Shown here in pieces: positions 47,765-57,222 of a stretch of 64,000 bases of DNA. The translations under genes were made by a program, and so were the position numbers. The stretch is from an uncultured Gemmiger sp. (GTDB taxonomy: Bacteria; Bacillota; Clostridia; Oscillospirales; Ruminococcaceae). The stretch is taken from the NCBI RefSeq assembly GCF_944388105.1, contig NZ_CALXHN010000002.1, one strand, 5' to 3'. Position 1 is the first letter of the stretch, and every line of letters starts with the position of its first letter. The notes below the pieces were generated by a model. It was not told the origin of the DNA. It made no database searches and saw nothing but the letters and a program-made list of their open reading frames with translations.

Positions 47765-48271
47765 ATGGGGAATGCCAACACACCGAACAAACGGCCGGAA
47801 CCGGTTTCGGGCTATCAGTTTCAGGTTTTTGTCAGCAATATCCGCATGGGTTTTTCCAAAGTGACCAACATCGAGGAATCCATCGAGACCCAGGCGTTTC
47901 AGGAAGGCGGCGTCAACGACCGCGTGTACTCCCTGTGCCGTCCCGCCTCCGCCGAGCGGACCCTTGTGCTGGAACGGGGACTGGGCAACAGCGGTCAGGT
48001 GACCGACCTGCTCAGCCCGCGTTCCGCCGTGGGCCGGCGCATCCTGCCCGATATCCTGATCATGGTGGGCGGACGCGGCGGCGCTGTCAGCAACATTTAT
48101 CAGGTGCACGGTGCGGTCATCAAGCGCTGGAGCCTGGGGGAACTGGATGCCCTGAACAGCCAGGTGGTCATCGAGCGGTTCGAACTGACCTACGAAACCC
48201 TGGAAACCTGTCCCGTCAGCAAAAATCTGGCCGGACGGTCCCTGGCCTCGGTCAGGGCGGGGGATGTGTGA
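47765..48271 (+). CDS. Second tube-like protein (gp19 family)
   Basis: YQFQV..GFSKVTNIE..QEGGVND..LVLERG..WSLGELDA..IERFELTYE. Confidence 0.85.
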   Translation: MGNANTPNKRPEPVSGYQFQVFVSNIRMGFSKVTNIEESIETQAFQEGGVNDRVYSLCRPASAERTLVLERGLGNSGQVTDLLSPRSAVGRRILPDILIMVGGRGGAVSNIYQVHGAVIKRWSLGELDALNSQVVIERFELTYETLETCPVSKNLAGRSLASVRAGDV

Positions 48272-48300
48272 CCCGGCAGGATTGAAATGGAGGTGGGGAT

Positions 48301-51096
48301 ATGCTGCGGCCTGTGCTGGACCCTGTTCTGAGCAGGGAGATCCTTGCCCGCTATACCACCTTTGCCGGTTCGGTGGGGGCACCCGCTCCCATGGAACACC
48401 TGGCCCCCGCCGCGGCGGCACAGCCTGCCCGGTATGAGACCTATGTGGAAAACCTGCACCAGGTCACACAGGCCATCCGCAAAAACTATCTGATCAACCT
48501 GCAGCTGGATCTGCGGTTCCTGGCCCTGCAGCTGGCTTCGGCTGTGGAACAGGAAAGCCGGACCGAATCCCGGCGCATGCAGATGCTGGAACAGCAGGTC
48601 ACCGTCCTGCGGGAGGAGAGCGGCCGGCTGAAAGCCGCCCTCCGCACCGCCCCCCGCCGCCAAGGGGGCCGCTCCCGCGGACCGGACCGGGCCGCACGGC
48701 CCGCCGATGTCCGGTCTGTGGTAGAGAACGCCCGTCTGGCGGCAAAAGCCCCCTGGCCGCTGCTGCCCCAGCCGGAAACACCGGAAAAGCAGGGGACGGC
48801 CCCGGCATCGGGTCGGACGCCTGTCCCGGCGGAAACGGTTTTTCCCCACCCTGGCCGCATGCCGGTATCCGGCACGGCGGTGACGGAAATCCGTACTTCC
48901 TCCGCCCCGCAGGGCGGTCCGCTGCCGGTCCCGGCGGCGGAGTCTGCCCCGGCGGGTGTCCTTCCCCCCGGGGAGCCCAAGGCGGCGGTATCTCCCATGA
49001 TGCCGGTACAGCGGGTACTGCCCCGGCAGGAACCGCCGACACCGGAAAACAACGCAGCGCAGGAAAGCCGCCGGCAGCCCCTGTCCGCCGATTCCCACGG
49101 CAGGGCTTCCGCGCCGAAGGCGGCCCCCTCCGCCCCGGCTCCCGGGGAAAAAGCCCCGTCTCCCGCATCCGCCGCCGCGGCTTCCCCCCGTGTCCCTCTG
49201 GGACATACAGAACCTGATGAGCGGGACGCCTGGAAGGCGCCCCTGCCCGATCCCCGTCCCGCACGTCTGCAGCGGCCGGAACCGGCCCGACGCATCCTGC
49301 GCACAGACGTGACGGAACGGGCGTCAACCCGGCAGGACGCGCCCGCAGCTACCCGGCCGCCGGCCCCCGTGCGGGCGGACGGACCCCGCCAGACCCCGGA
49401 AACAGCGCACGCCGTTTCCGCTTCCGCAGCCCGGACGGACAGTCCGGTGCCAATGCCCAAACCCGAAAGCCGATCGCTTCCGACCCTCCGGCAGCAGCCG
49501 TCGGCAGCGGCGCAAGACCAGGCTTTGTCGGAAAGCCCGGAACCCCGGGAAGGGGTTGCCATCCGCACCGCGCCGCTGGTCCATGCCGCACCGGCCCTTT
49601 CCCCGGCCGCACCCTCTGCGTCACAGGCGGAACCCTGGCACAGTGACCGGCGGGACGGACTTGCCGCACCCCGGCAGGAAAAAGAAAGCCTGTCGGTCCC
49701 GGTGCAGCCGGCCCGTTCCGCGGCGCCTCCGGCGGAGGCGGCATCGCTGGTGCACGCCGCACCGACGCCCACGGTATGGGAACAACGGCCCGGGCAGAAG
49801 ATTTCTCCCCGGCCTTTCGCTGTGCCGGCCGCTTCGTTGCCGGTTCCCGGAAATCCGTCGGTGGGTTTTTCCGCAGGAGAGACCGGCCGGACGCCTTTGC
49901 GGGCGCCCACGCCGGCATCCCCGGCCGGTATCCCTGCCGCACAGCGGGTACTGCCCCGGCAGCAAATGCCGCCGGAACAGACCGCTGAAACCCGGCGGAT
50001 CCGGGCCCCGGAACCTCTGGCGGCGCCTGCATCCGGGCTCCGGGAGGGAGGGGGAAAGACCCCCGACAGTCTCCGGAAAACGGAAGCCCCCAGAACCCTT
50101 AAAACTGAGGAGTCCGCCCGCACCTGGACGGCAGAGGCCCGGACCCCGGACCGGTCCATCCGCCCGGAAAAGGTGGCGGCCCCGGAAACCGACCTGCCTG
50201 CCCGCACCGCTTCCGTTCCCGCCATGACAGCCACACCGCTGCTCCACCGCCTCTCTCCGGCGGAGGAAAAAGCGGCCGGTGCCCGGGAATCCGCCGCGGG
50301 GAAGGCACCGGATGTCCGCACTCCGGCGGCAATGTCCTTTCCGATGCCGGAGCGGGTGCCGGCCGTCTCTGCGCCGGCTGCTTTCCGAGGAATGTCCCGC
50401 GCCCCTTCCCCCGGTGGGCGGAAGGCGGAAGAAGGCAGTACCGTTTCCACGACGGAAGAGAATAACCGGCCCGCCGCCCGGTGGGATGCCGCCCCGCTGC
50501 GCACCCTGCCGGATTTTGTGCGCACGCCCATGATCCCCCGCGGGGGGATGGCATCGGTCCTTTCCGGGAACGGTACTGTCACCCGGCCGGAAGCCGGATA
50601 TGGGCTGCCCGCAGGGGCAGCCGCCGGACCAGCCCTGGTCCGTACAACGGCGGGCCTCACCCCTCCGGCGGTGCCGATGGCGCCGCTGGCCGCCGCCTCC
50701 CCGGTGATCCCGGCCGGCCAGACCCCGGCAGACAAGGCACCTTTGATGCCCCTGCCGCAGGGGAAAGCAGGAATCGGCATGCCGCCCGCCATACCGGCGG
50801 GCAGTCCGGCGCCCATGGAATTGCGCCGCACCCCGGTCCCTGCCCAAGGCACGGCCCCGACGGGCAGTGCAGAATGGCAATCCGACGGCATCCGGACGGT
50901 GCACCGCACCCGGACGGTACACCGGGAGACCATACAGCAGCCCACGACCGATGCCACGATCCGCCTTCCGGGAGAGACCCTCTCCGCTCCGGTATCCCGG
51001 ACCCTGGGCCCCGCCGAGGTGGAGCGGATCGCCGACAAGGTCTACCGGCAGATCGAAGAACGCCTGCGCAGTGAAAAGATGAGAAGGGGGATGTGA
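48301..51096 (+). CDS. Pro/Ala-rich, probably disordered 931-aa protein at the tape-measure position
   Basis: N-terminal coiled coil, low-complexity middle, C-terminal helix VERIADKVYRQIEERLRSEKMRRG. Confidence 0.65.
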   Translation: MLRPVLDPVLSREILARYTTFAGSVGAPAPMEHLAPAAAAQPARYETYVENLHQVTQAIRKNYLINLQLDLRFLALQLASAVEQESRTESRRMQMLEQQVTVLREESGRLKAALRTAPRRQGGRSRGPDRAARPADVRSVVENARLAAKAPWPLLPQPETPEKQGTAPASGRTPVPAETVFPHPGRMPVSGTAVTEIRTSSAPQGGPLPVPAAESAPAGVLPPGEPKAAVSPMMPVQRVLPRQEPPTPENNAAQESRRQPLSADSHGRASAPKAAPSAPAPGEKAPSPASAAAASPRVPLGHTEPDERDAWKAPLPDPRPARLQRPEPARRILRTDVTERASTRQDAPAATRPPAPVRADGPRQTPETAHAVSASAARTDSPVPMPKPESRSLPTLRQQPSAAAQDQALSESPEPREGVAIRTAPLVHAAPALSPAAPSASQAEPWHSDRRDGLAAPRQEKESLSVPVQPARSAAPPAEAASLVHAAPTPTVWEQRPGQKISPRPFAVPAASLPVPGNPSVGFSAGETGRTPLRAPTPASPAGIPAAQRVLPRQQMPPEQTAETRRIRAPEPLAAPASGLREGGGKTPDSLRKTEAPRTLKTEESARTWTAEARTPDRSIRPEKVAAPETDLPARTASVPAMTATPLLHRLSPAEEKAAGARESAAGKAPDVRTPAAMSFPMPERVPAVSAPAAFRGMSRAPSPGGRKAEEGSTVSTTEENNRPAARWDAAPLRTLPDFVRTPMIPRGGMASVLSGNGTVTRPEAGYGLPAGAAAGPALVRTTAGLTPPAVPMAPLAAASPVIPAGQTPADKAPLMPLPQGKAGIGMPPAIPAGSPAPMELRRTPVPAQGTAPTGSAEWQSDGIRTVHRTRTVHRETIQQPTTDATIRLPGETLSAPVSRTLGPAEVERIADKVYRQIEERLRSEKMRRGM

Positions 51097-51099
51097 CCC

Positions 51100-51915
51100 A
51101 TGCTGACACCGGACGCCGCCAAACCTGCGGCCAACAACAACACCAAAGGGTCCAACACCCTGACCCCCGCCAAACTGGAAAAGGCACGCCTGGAAATCAT
51201 AGCCGGGTCCAACGCCCGCACCACCACCGAAAAAAAGACGGTGACGGTGCAGTTCAACCCTTCGGAATATACCATTGAGCGGCATGCGCATCTGTCCCGC
51301 CGGCAGAGCCTGGGCAACAACGGCAGCCCGGACCAGGGCCAGGTCCCGGCGGGAGAGCCGGCCCGCCTCATCGTGCCCCTGTACTTTGATACAGTGACCG
51401 AACTGCCGGCCCTGGGCACGTCGGAGGCAAAGAGCTCGGCCAGAGGTGCCGAAGGCCTGGTGCCGCTCCTGCGGGAATCCGCCACAGCCGGCTCCAAGGA
51501 GAACCCGGCCGCTGCCTGTGCCGAGATCATGCAGCTGGTGAAATTCGTGCGCCAGTGCCACCAGCCCCCCAAGGTGAATTTCCTGTGGGGTACCCTGGAT
51601 TTCATCGGGGTGGTGGAAAATGCCACCGCGCAGTATACCATGTTCGCACCGGGCGGCACGCCGGTGCAGGCCCGGGTCCAGCTGGTCATTGTGGGGGAGG
51701 AACGGGCGGTGATCCAGCAGAGCACCCAGCAGCCCAATGAATCCCCCAACCGTACCAAGGAACGGACCCTGGCCCAGGGAGACCAGCTCTGGATGATCGC
51801 CGGCCAGGAATACGATGATCCCGGCCAGTGGAAGGTCATTGCCGAAGCCAACGGCATCCTCAACCCCCGCCGGCTGGAACGGGCGGTGGTGCTCAAGGTA
51901 CCGTCCATCAAATAA
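51100..51915 (+). CDS. Tube initiator with LysM-like domain (Afp7-like)
   Basis: VQFNPSEYTI, LYFDT, VNFLWG..F.GVV, MFAPGGTPVQARV; C-terminal GDQLWMIA..EYDDPGQWKVIAEANGI. Confidence 0.88.
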   Translation: MLTPDAAKPAANNNTKGSNTLTPAKLEKARLEIIAGSNARTTTEKKTVTVQFNPSEYTIERHAHLSRRQSLGNNGSPDQGQVPAGEPARLIVPLYFDTVTELPALGTSEAKSSARGAEGLVPLLRESATAGSKENPAAACAEIMQLVKFVRQCHQPPKVNFLWGTLDFIGVVENATAQYTMFAPGGTPVQARVQLVIVGEERAVIQQSTQQPNESPNRTKERTLAQGDQLWMIAGQEYDDPGQWKVIAEANGILNPRRLERAVVLKVPSIK

Positions 51916-51936
51916 CACCCGGAAAGGGGGCGCCCC

Positions 51937-53037
51937 ATGGACCTGATGACAGCCGGCACCAGTTACCAGCAGCTCAAGAGCAAGTATCAGGATTTCCGCG
52001 CCCCCACCGTGCGGATCCTGGTGGATGGCACCGATATCACCGAAAGCCTCAAGACCCGCCTGTCCCGGGTCACCGCCGATCTTACCTGCGGGTATGCCGC
52101 ATCGGGGGTCTCCTTTGATGTGATGGGGGAATACGACTATGAGCAGACCTCCTTTTCCGCCAAAGGCGCGGTGAAGGTGCTGCAGTTGGGCGCGCGGGTG
52201 GAACTGCAGCTGGGGTACATCCGTACCGAAACGGTGTTCAGCGGCCTCATTGCCGAGGTCCGGTATGAGTTCGAGGAGGACGACGCCCCCTACATCCATA
52301 TCGAATGTATGGACGCCAAATGCCTGCTCATGAAGATGCAGCGCCTGGAGATCCGCAGCGAAAAAAAGATCGCGCCCGTGGTCAATGCCCTGTTGGGGAC
52401 CCAGCCTGTCAGCACCTATCTGAGCGGGCGGACCGTCCAGCTGCAGGAAGCCGAACGGGAGCCGCTGCCCTTCAATATGGAAAGCGATTACGACTTTCTG
52501 GTGCGGCAGGCCCAGTACACCGGATGTGAGTTTTTCATCTTTGCGGGCAAGGCCTACTTCCGCCGCCCGCCTGCCGCCTCCACGCCCATCATGACCCTGG
52601 AACCCCGGCAGGGCATCTCCCGGGCCAGCTTCTCTCTGCGGGGCGCGCCGCTGGTCAAAAAGGTGACGGTGGTGGGGGTGGACCCCACCAGCGACGAACC
52701 GGTATCCGGCAGCGCCACGGCCCAGGGCAGCTTCGGCAAGGGCGCAGGCCCCAACCGGATGCTCTCCGGCACCGAGCGCACCTACTTTGATCCCCGCACA
52801 GCCAGTGCCCGGGATGCCGCAGACCGGGCCAAGGTCCTGATGGGCGGCATCCAGCAGCAGTTCGGGGTCCTCAGCTGCCGGTGCATCGGTCTGCCGGAGC
52901 TGGTACCGGGCCGCTGGATCAACATCAAGGGGCTTGTCCCCGAAGCCGACACCGGCTTTTATATCACCGATGTGCGGCATGTCTATTCCAAGAACGGCTT
53001 TACCACCACCTTTGATGCGAGGATCAGCAGCCTATGA
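51937..53037 (+). CDS. Spike hub, gpD/gp27-like (late control D)
   Basis: VELQLGY..VFSGLI, ESDYDFL..A...GCEFF..G..YF, GLPELVPG, YITDVRHVY. Confidence 0.88.
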   Translation: MDLMTAGTSYQQLKSKYQDFRAPTVRILVDGTDITESLKTRLSRVTADLTCGYAASGVSFDVMGEYDYEQTSFSAKGAVKVLQLGARVELQLGYIRTETVFSGLIAEVRYEFEEDDAPYIHIECMDAKCLLMKMQRLEIRSEKKIAPVVNALLGTQPVSTYLSGRTVQLQEAEREPLPFNMESDYDFLVRQAQYTGCEFFIFAGKAYFRRPPAASTPIMTLEPRQGISRASFSLRGAPLVKKVTVVGVDPTSDEPVSGSATAQGSFGKGAGPNRMLSGTERTYFDPRTASARDAADRAKVLMGGIQQQFGVLSCRCIGLPELVPGRWINIKGLVPEADTGFYITDVRHVYSKNGFTTTFDARISSL

Positions 53038-53822
53038 GTGAGATTACCCAACTTCTGGAACCCGGCGGGGAATTCGCCCGGGACCCGACCCTGCGCCGTC
53101 CGCCTCAGTTTGTGCAGGGCAAGGTGACCGACAACGCAGACAAAAACAACCCCGGCATGGTCAAGGTGGAGTTCCTTTCCTGGAAAAGCGGCAGCAACAT
53201 CTGCGAATGGATGCCCCTGCTGCACCCGTATGCCGGAAAAGCCTACGGCGCCTACGCCGTGCCCGAGATCGGGGACGTGGTCCTGGTGGGATTTATGGGT
53301 GCCGAGATGCGCCGCCCCTTTGTTCTGGGGGTGCTGTATCCGGCGGGAGCCCAGTATCCCGGCCGCTGTTTTGACAAGAAGAACAATGTCAAGGCCCTGC
53401 GCACCAAGGGCGGACACGAGGTCGTGCTGCGGGACGAGCAGGGCAAGGAAAGCTGCACCGTCACCACGCCCAAAGGGCTGACCGCCTGTCTGGACGATGA
53501 AAAGCAGTGCATCACCCTTTCGGACAAAAACGGAAAAAACCTGCTGCGTCTGGATTGCAAATCCGGGGAAGCCCAGCTCAACGCCGATGCCAAAATCGTT
53601 CTCAAGACCGGCAAATGCACCGTCACCCTGGACGGCCGGGGCGGGGAACTCAAGCTGGAATGTGACCGCCTGACGGCCAAAGCCACCCAGCAGGCCAACG
53701 TGTCGGCCAACCAGATGATGCAGCTGTCCGGCGGGATGCTCAAGGCCGAAGGCAAACAGACCGTCCAGGTCAAGGGCGGCGCCATGACCGAAATTTCCGG
53801 CGGCATGGTCAAGATCAACTGA
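53034..53822 (+). CDS. Spike protein, gpV/gp5 OB-fold plus beta-strand repeats
   Basis: GMVKVEF, GAYAVPEIGDVVLVGFMG...RPFVLG, RTKGGH, short beta repeats to the C-terminus. Confidence 0.9.
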   Translation: MSEITQLLEPGGEFARDPTLRRPPQFVQGKVTDNADKNNPGMVKVEFLSWKSGSNICEWMPLLHPYAGKAYGAYAVPEIGDVVLVGFMGAEMRRPFVLGVLYPAGAQYPGRCFDKKNNVKALRTKGGHEVVLRDEQGKESCTVTTPKGLTACLDDEKQCITLSDKNGKNLLRLDCKSGEAQLNADAKIVLKTGKCTVTLDGRGGELKLECDRLTAKATQQANVSANQMMQLSGGMLKAEGKQTVQVKGGAMTEISGGMVKIN

Positions 53823-53862
53823 GAAAAACCGGCCCCGCCGGGACCGGAGGAAGGAGCCGAAC

Positions 53863-54279
53863 ATGGCAGGCACACGGGATTTTCTGGGTACGGGATGGGC
53901 ATTTCCCCCCCGGGTGGACGCGGCGACCGGCCGTCTGGCCACCAGCAGCGAGGAGGAAAACATCCGCCAGTCGGTGCTCATCATCCTGACCACCCGCTGC
54001 GGGGAGCGCGCCATGCGCCCGGATTTCGGCTGCAACCTGCATAACTATGTGTTCGAACTGCCCGACCTATCGGCCCTGACCCGCATCAAGGCGGAGGTGG
54101 TGGAGGCCCTGACTCTGTGGGAACCGCGGATCATGGATATTGCGGTGGATGTGGACATGCACGACCTGGGCCGCGGCGTGCTCACCTTCACCATCGGCTA
54201 CACCGTGCGTTCCACCAACAACCCCAACAATCTGGTGTTCCCCTATTATCTGTATGAGGGCGTGGGGGACGAACTGTGA
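53863..54279 (+). CDS. gp25/GPW baseplate wedge (Afp9-like)
   Basis: FLGTGWAFP, IRQSVLIILTTRCGERAMRPDFGC, WEPRI, NLVFPYY. Confidence 0.93.
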   Translation: MAGTRDFLGTGWAFPPRVDAATGRLATSSEEENIRQSVLIILTTRCGERAMRPDFGCNLHNYVFELPDLSALTRIKAEVVEALTLWEPRIMDIAVDVDMHDLGRGVLTFTIGYTVRSTNNPNNLVFPYYLYEGVGDEL

Positions 54280-54299
54280 CCGCAAGGGAGGAAGCGCGT

Positions 54300-57167
54300 A
54301 TGAAACAGGAGAACCAGGCACTGCGCCGCAGGCTGCAGCAGCTGGCCGGCGCCTACGTGCCCGAATGGCGCTTCGACCCGCAGGACCCGGACCCGGGCTC
54401 GGCGGCGGCGCTGCTGCTGGAAGATATGCTGGCCGACAGCGAAAAACGCTTCGCCGATGTGCTGCGCATGCATAAGGTGCATTACCTGAACCTGTTTGAC
54501 CGCCTGCGGCCGGACCCGGCCCTCTCGGCCCGCAGCTATGTGCGGTTCGACCCGGTGGCCGGGGTGGAACAGCCTGTCTATGTGCCCCGGGGCACCGCAC
54601 TTCTGGCGGAGGACGCCCAGGGCAGTCCCTCCCTGGTATTTGAAACCACGGAGGGCATCACCGCAACGCCCGCCCGCCTGACGGCCATCGTGGCGGCACG
54701 GCGGGAACAGGATCACATTGTCACGGTGCTGGACGGGGATGACGCCGAACACTGTGTCTTCACCGCCTTTGACCCGGAACCGGAAAGTGAAGCCCACCAT
54801 CTGCTGACACTGGAATTTGACCGGGGACTCAGTACCCTGGAGGCAGGGGAGCTGGGCCTGCAGATCCGTACCCCGGACCCGCAGGATGCCCCGGCGGCCG
54901 CCCAGCGGCTGGGGGAGGAGGACGTATTCTTCACCCTGTCCGGACAAGGGGGAACCGAGCTGCCCCTGCCCCGTCCCCGGGTACAGGAGGACATCCTGTG
55001 GTTCCGTCTGGAGGAAAGCTGGCCCGCCTGTACACCGCCCGAGACCGCCCCGCGCTGGCGGCTGTGCGCCCGGGCACGCCATGCCATGGAACTGAGCGTG
55101 TGCGGCGCGGCCCTGGTCTTTTCCCGCACCGGGCTGGTCCCCCAGGAGGTCCGCAGCGCGGATATCACCCAGTCTCCCGGCCGGTTCTATCCCTTCGGGT
55201 CACCGCTGGAACTGTATACCGAATGCGGCATCGAGTGTCCGGCAGCGCTGGAACGTCCCGGCGCCGATGTGACCATGGAATTCGACCTGGACTTCGAGAC
55301 GGTGGAACAGACCCTGCCCGAGGTGGAGGTCGAGGTGGATTACAAGGTGATCATGCGCAAGGTCACCCAGACCCCCCGCCCGGAAATGCGGGATGTGCAG
55401 CCGGACTACGTCCTGATCGAATACCTGAGTACCCGCGGCTGGAAACGGCTGATGCCGGATGAACACGCGGCCCTGCTCTTCAACGGGTCAGCCCGGGGCC
55501 ATCTGGCGCTTTCCTTCCGCTGTCCCGGGGACCTGCTTCCCGCCGACCAGCTTCCGGAAGGATACCGCCTGCGCCTGCGCCTGCTGCGGGCGGACGGTCT
55601 GTACCAGCTGCCATGCCGGCAGCATGTACCGGTCATCACCGGCCTGTGTTTCTCCTACAGCTATGCATCCGCGCCCCTGGAACCCTGCGCGGTGCAAACC
55701 CGCAACAACTTCGCGGAGCAGGACCTGCTGCCCCTGTGGCGTCAGGGCCGGGGCACCCCTCTTTTTACCTGCAGCGAACGGCGGGGCGCCTGCCTGTATC
55801 TGGGGTTTGACGCCTGTCCCCAGGGCAGCCCGCTGAGCCTCTACTTTGAGGTGGAAAACCATGAGGACCTGCCCCTGAACTACGGGGTGGAATATCTTTC
55901 CCCCACGGGTTTCGTGCCGGTGCAGGCCCAGGACGGTACCGGAGGCCTGCTGTACTCCGGCTCCCTGCTGGCCCTGATCCCGGCCGATGCCGCCCGCGCC
56001 GTGCTGTACGGCAAGGACCGCTACTGGCTGCGGATGGTGTGCGGGGGGGACCTCACCCGGCGCTCCGGCCTGCCGGTGGTGCGCGGCATCACCCTGAACA
56101 TGGCCCGGGTGGAAAACCGCAGCACCCGCACCGAGACCTTCTTTGTGGACGATCCCCGGGCGGCGGTGCGGTTCAAACTGGGGGAAAATCACATCCTCAT
56201 GGCCCGGGTCTATGTGAATGAGGAACAGCCGGAAGACCCCGGCCGGGATCACTGGGTCCTGTGGCAGCGCCGCACCTACGCCGCCCAGCGGGGGCGGTTC
56301 TATGAACTGGACACCGCCGCCGGTGCGGTGCTCTTTGACCGGCATACTTTCTCGGTCTACGCCCCGCCCGAAGGCGCTCCCGCCGTGCGGGTGGAATACC
56401 AGAGCTACCAGGGCACCCAGGGCAATGTGCCGGCGGGGGCCATCCATACCATGGCGGAGCCCATCCGGTATATCAGCCATGTGAGCAACCCCATGGCAGC
56501 GTACGGCGGTACCGACGCGGGGGATGAACAGGTGGCCGCCGGACTGGTCTCCAACCTGCTGCGCACCCGGGGCAGGGCTGTCAGCGAGCGGGATTACTTT
56601 GATATCATCGCCCAGCTGGGCTGCGGCGTGCGGCAGATCAAATGCTGCAGCGGCATCGACCGCCAGGGCCGCCCCGCCGCCGACACCATCACGGTGGCCC
56701 TGCTCATCGACGAATACGAAAAAGGAAGCCACATCTTTTCCGCCGTCAAGGATGCTGTGCGTCAGGCCCTGACCGACGCGGGCGGCATGGTGCCCCTGGG
56801 CAAGACCCTGGTGCTCTGCCAGCCCCGGTTTGTGCGGTTTTCGGTGCGCATCTGGCTGCGCTGCTCCGATATGGAAAAGGTGTACGAGATACAGCGCCGT
56901 ACCGAACAGACCATCCGCCGGTTCCTGGACCCGCTGGAAGGCGGATTTGACGGCCGGGGCTGGAAGATCGGCTCCCTGCCCACGCCCCAGCAGCTGCTGG
57001 CCTGCCTGAAAATGCGGGACAGCGCCCTGCGTGTGGAGCGCATGGCCATGGTGGCCAGGGCCGGCGGCCGGGAATATGCGGTGGACGATGATTTCCTGAC
57101 CCGCATGAATGATCCCTTTGTCATGGCCATCAACGGTACCCATACGGTGTACGTGGACCTGAGCTGA
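54300..57167 (+). CDS. Baseplate J-like protein (Afp11/12 class)
   Basis: YVPEW...DPGSA, FETTE, YQSYQGTQGNVPAG, RAVSERDY, FLDPLEGG.DG.GW.IG; RBS GGGAGG before ATG 54300. Confidence 0.88.
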   Translation: MKQENQALRRRLQQLAGAYVPEWRFDPQDPDPGSAAALLLEDMLADSEKRFADVLRMHKVHYLNLFDRLRPDPALSARSYVRFDPVAGVEQPVYVPRGTALLAEDAQGSPSLVFETTEGITATPARLTAIVAARREQDHIVTVLDGDDAEHCVFTAFDPEPESEAHHLLTLEFDRGLSTLEAGELGLQIRTPDPQDAPAAAQRLGEEDVFFTLSGQGGTELPLPRPRVQEDILWFRLEESWPACTPPETAPRWRLCARARHAMELSVCGAALVFSRTGLVPQEVRSADITQSPGRFYPFGSPLELYTECGIECPAALERPGADVTMEFDLDFETVEQTLPEVEVEVDYKVIMRKVTQTPRPEMRDVQPDYVLIEYLSTRGWKRLMPDEHAALLFNGSARGHLALSFRCPGDLLPADQLPEGYRLRLRLLRADGLYQLPCRQHVPVITGLCFSYSYASAPLEPCAVQTRNNFAEQDLLPLWRQGRGTPLFTCSERRGACLYLGFDACPQGSPLSLYFEVENHEDLPLNYGVEYLSPTGFVPVQAQDGTGGLLYSGSLLALIPADAARAVLYGKDRYWLRMVCGGDLTRRSGLPVVRGITLNMARVENRSTRTETFFVDDPRAAVRFKLGENHILMARVYVNEEQPEDPGRDHWVLWQRRTYAAQRGRFYELDTAAGAVLFDRHTFSVYAPPEGAPAVRVEYQSYQGTQGNVPAGAIHTMAEPIRYISHVSNPMAAYGGTDAGDEQVAAGLVSNLLRTRGRAVSERDYFDIIAQLGCGVRQIKCCSGIDRQGRPAADTITVALLIDEYEKGSHIFSAVKDAVRQALTDAGGMVPLGKTLVLCQPRFVRFSVRIWLRCSDMEKVYEIQRRTEQTIRRFLDPLEGGFDGRGWKIGSLPTPQQLLACLKMRDSALRVERMAMVARAGGREYAVDDDFLTRMNDPFVMAINGTHTVYVDLS

Positions 57168-57222
57168 AGGCGGGCGGACCGCCGCCGGCAAAATCAACGG
57201 GCGGACGCCCCGGAGGTGTTTT

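Noticed and set aside
44466-54279. Canonical T6SS
   Set aside because: Single gp18-type sheath rather than TssB/TssC; no TssJLM, TssK or ClpV
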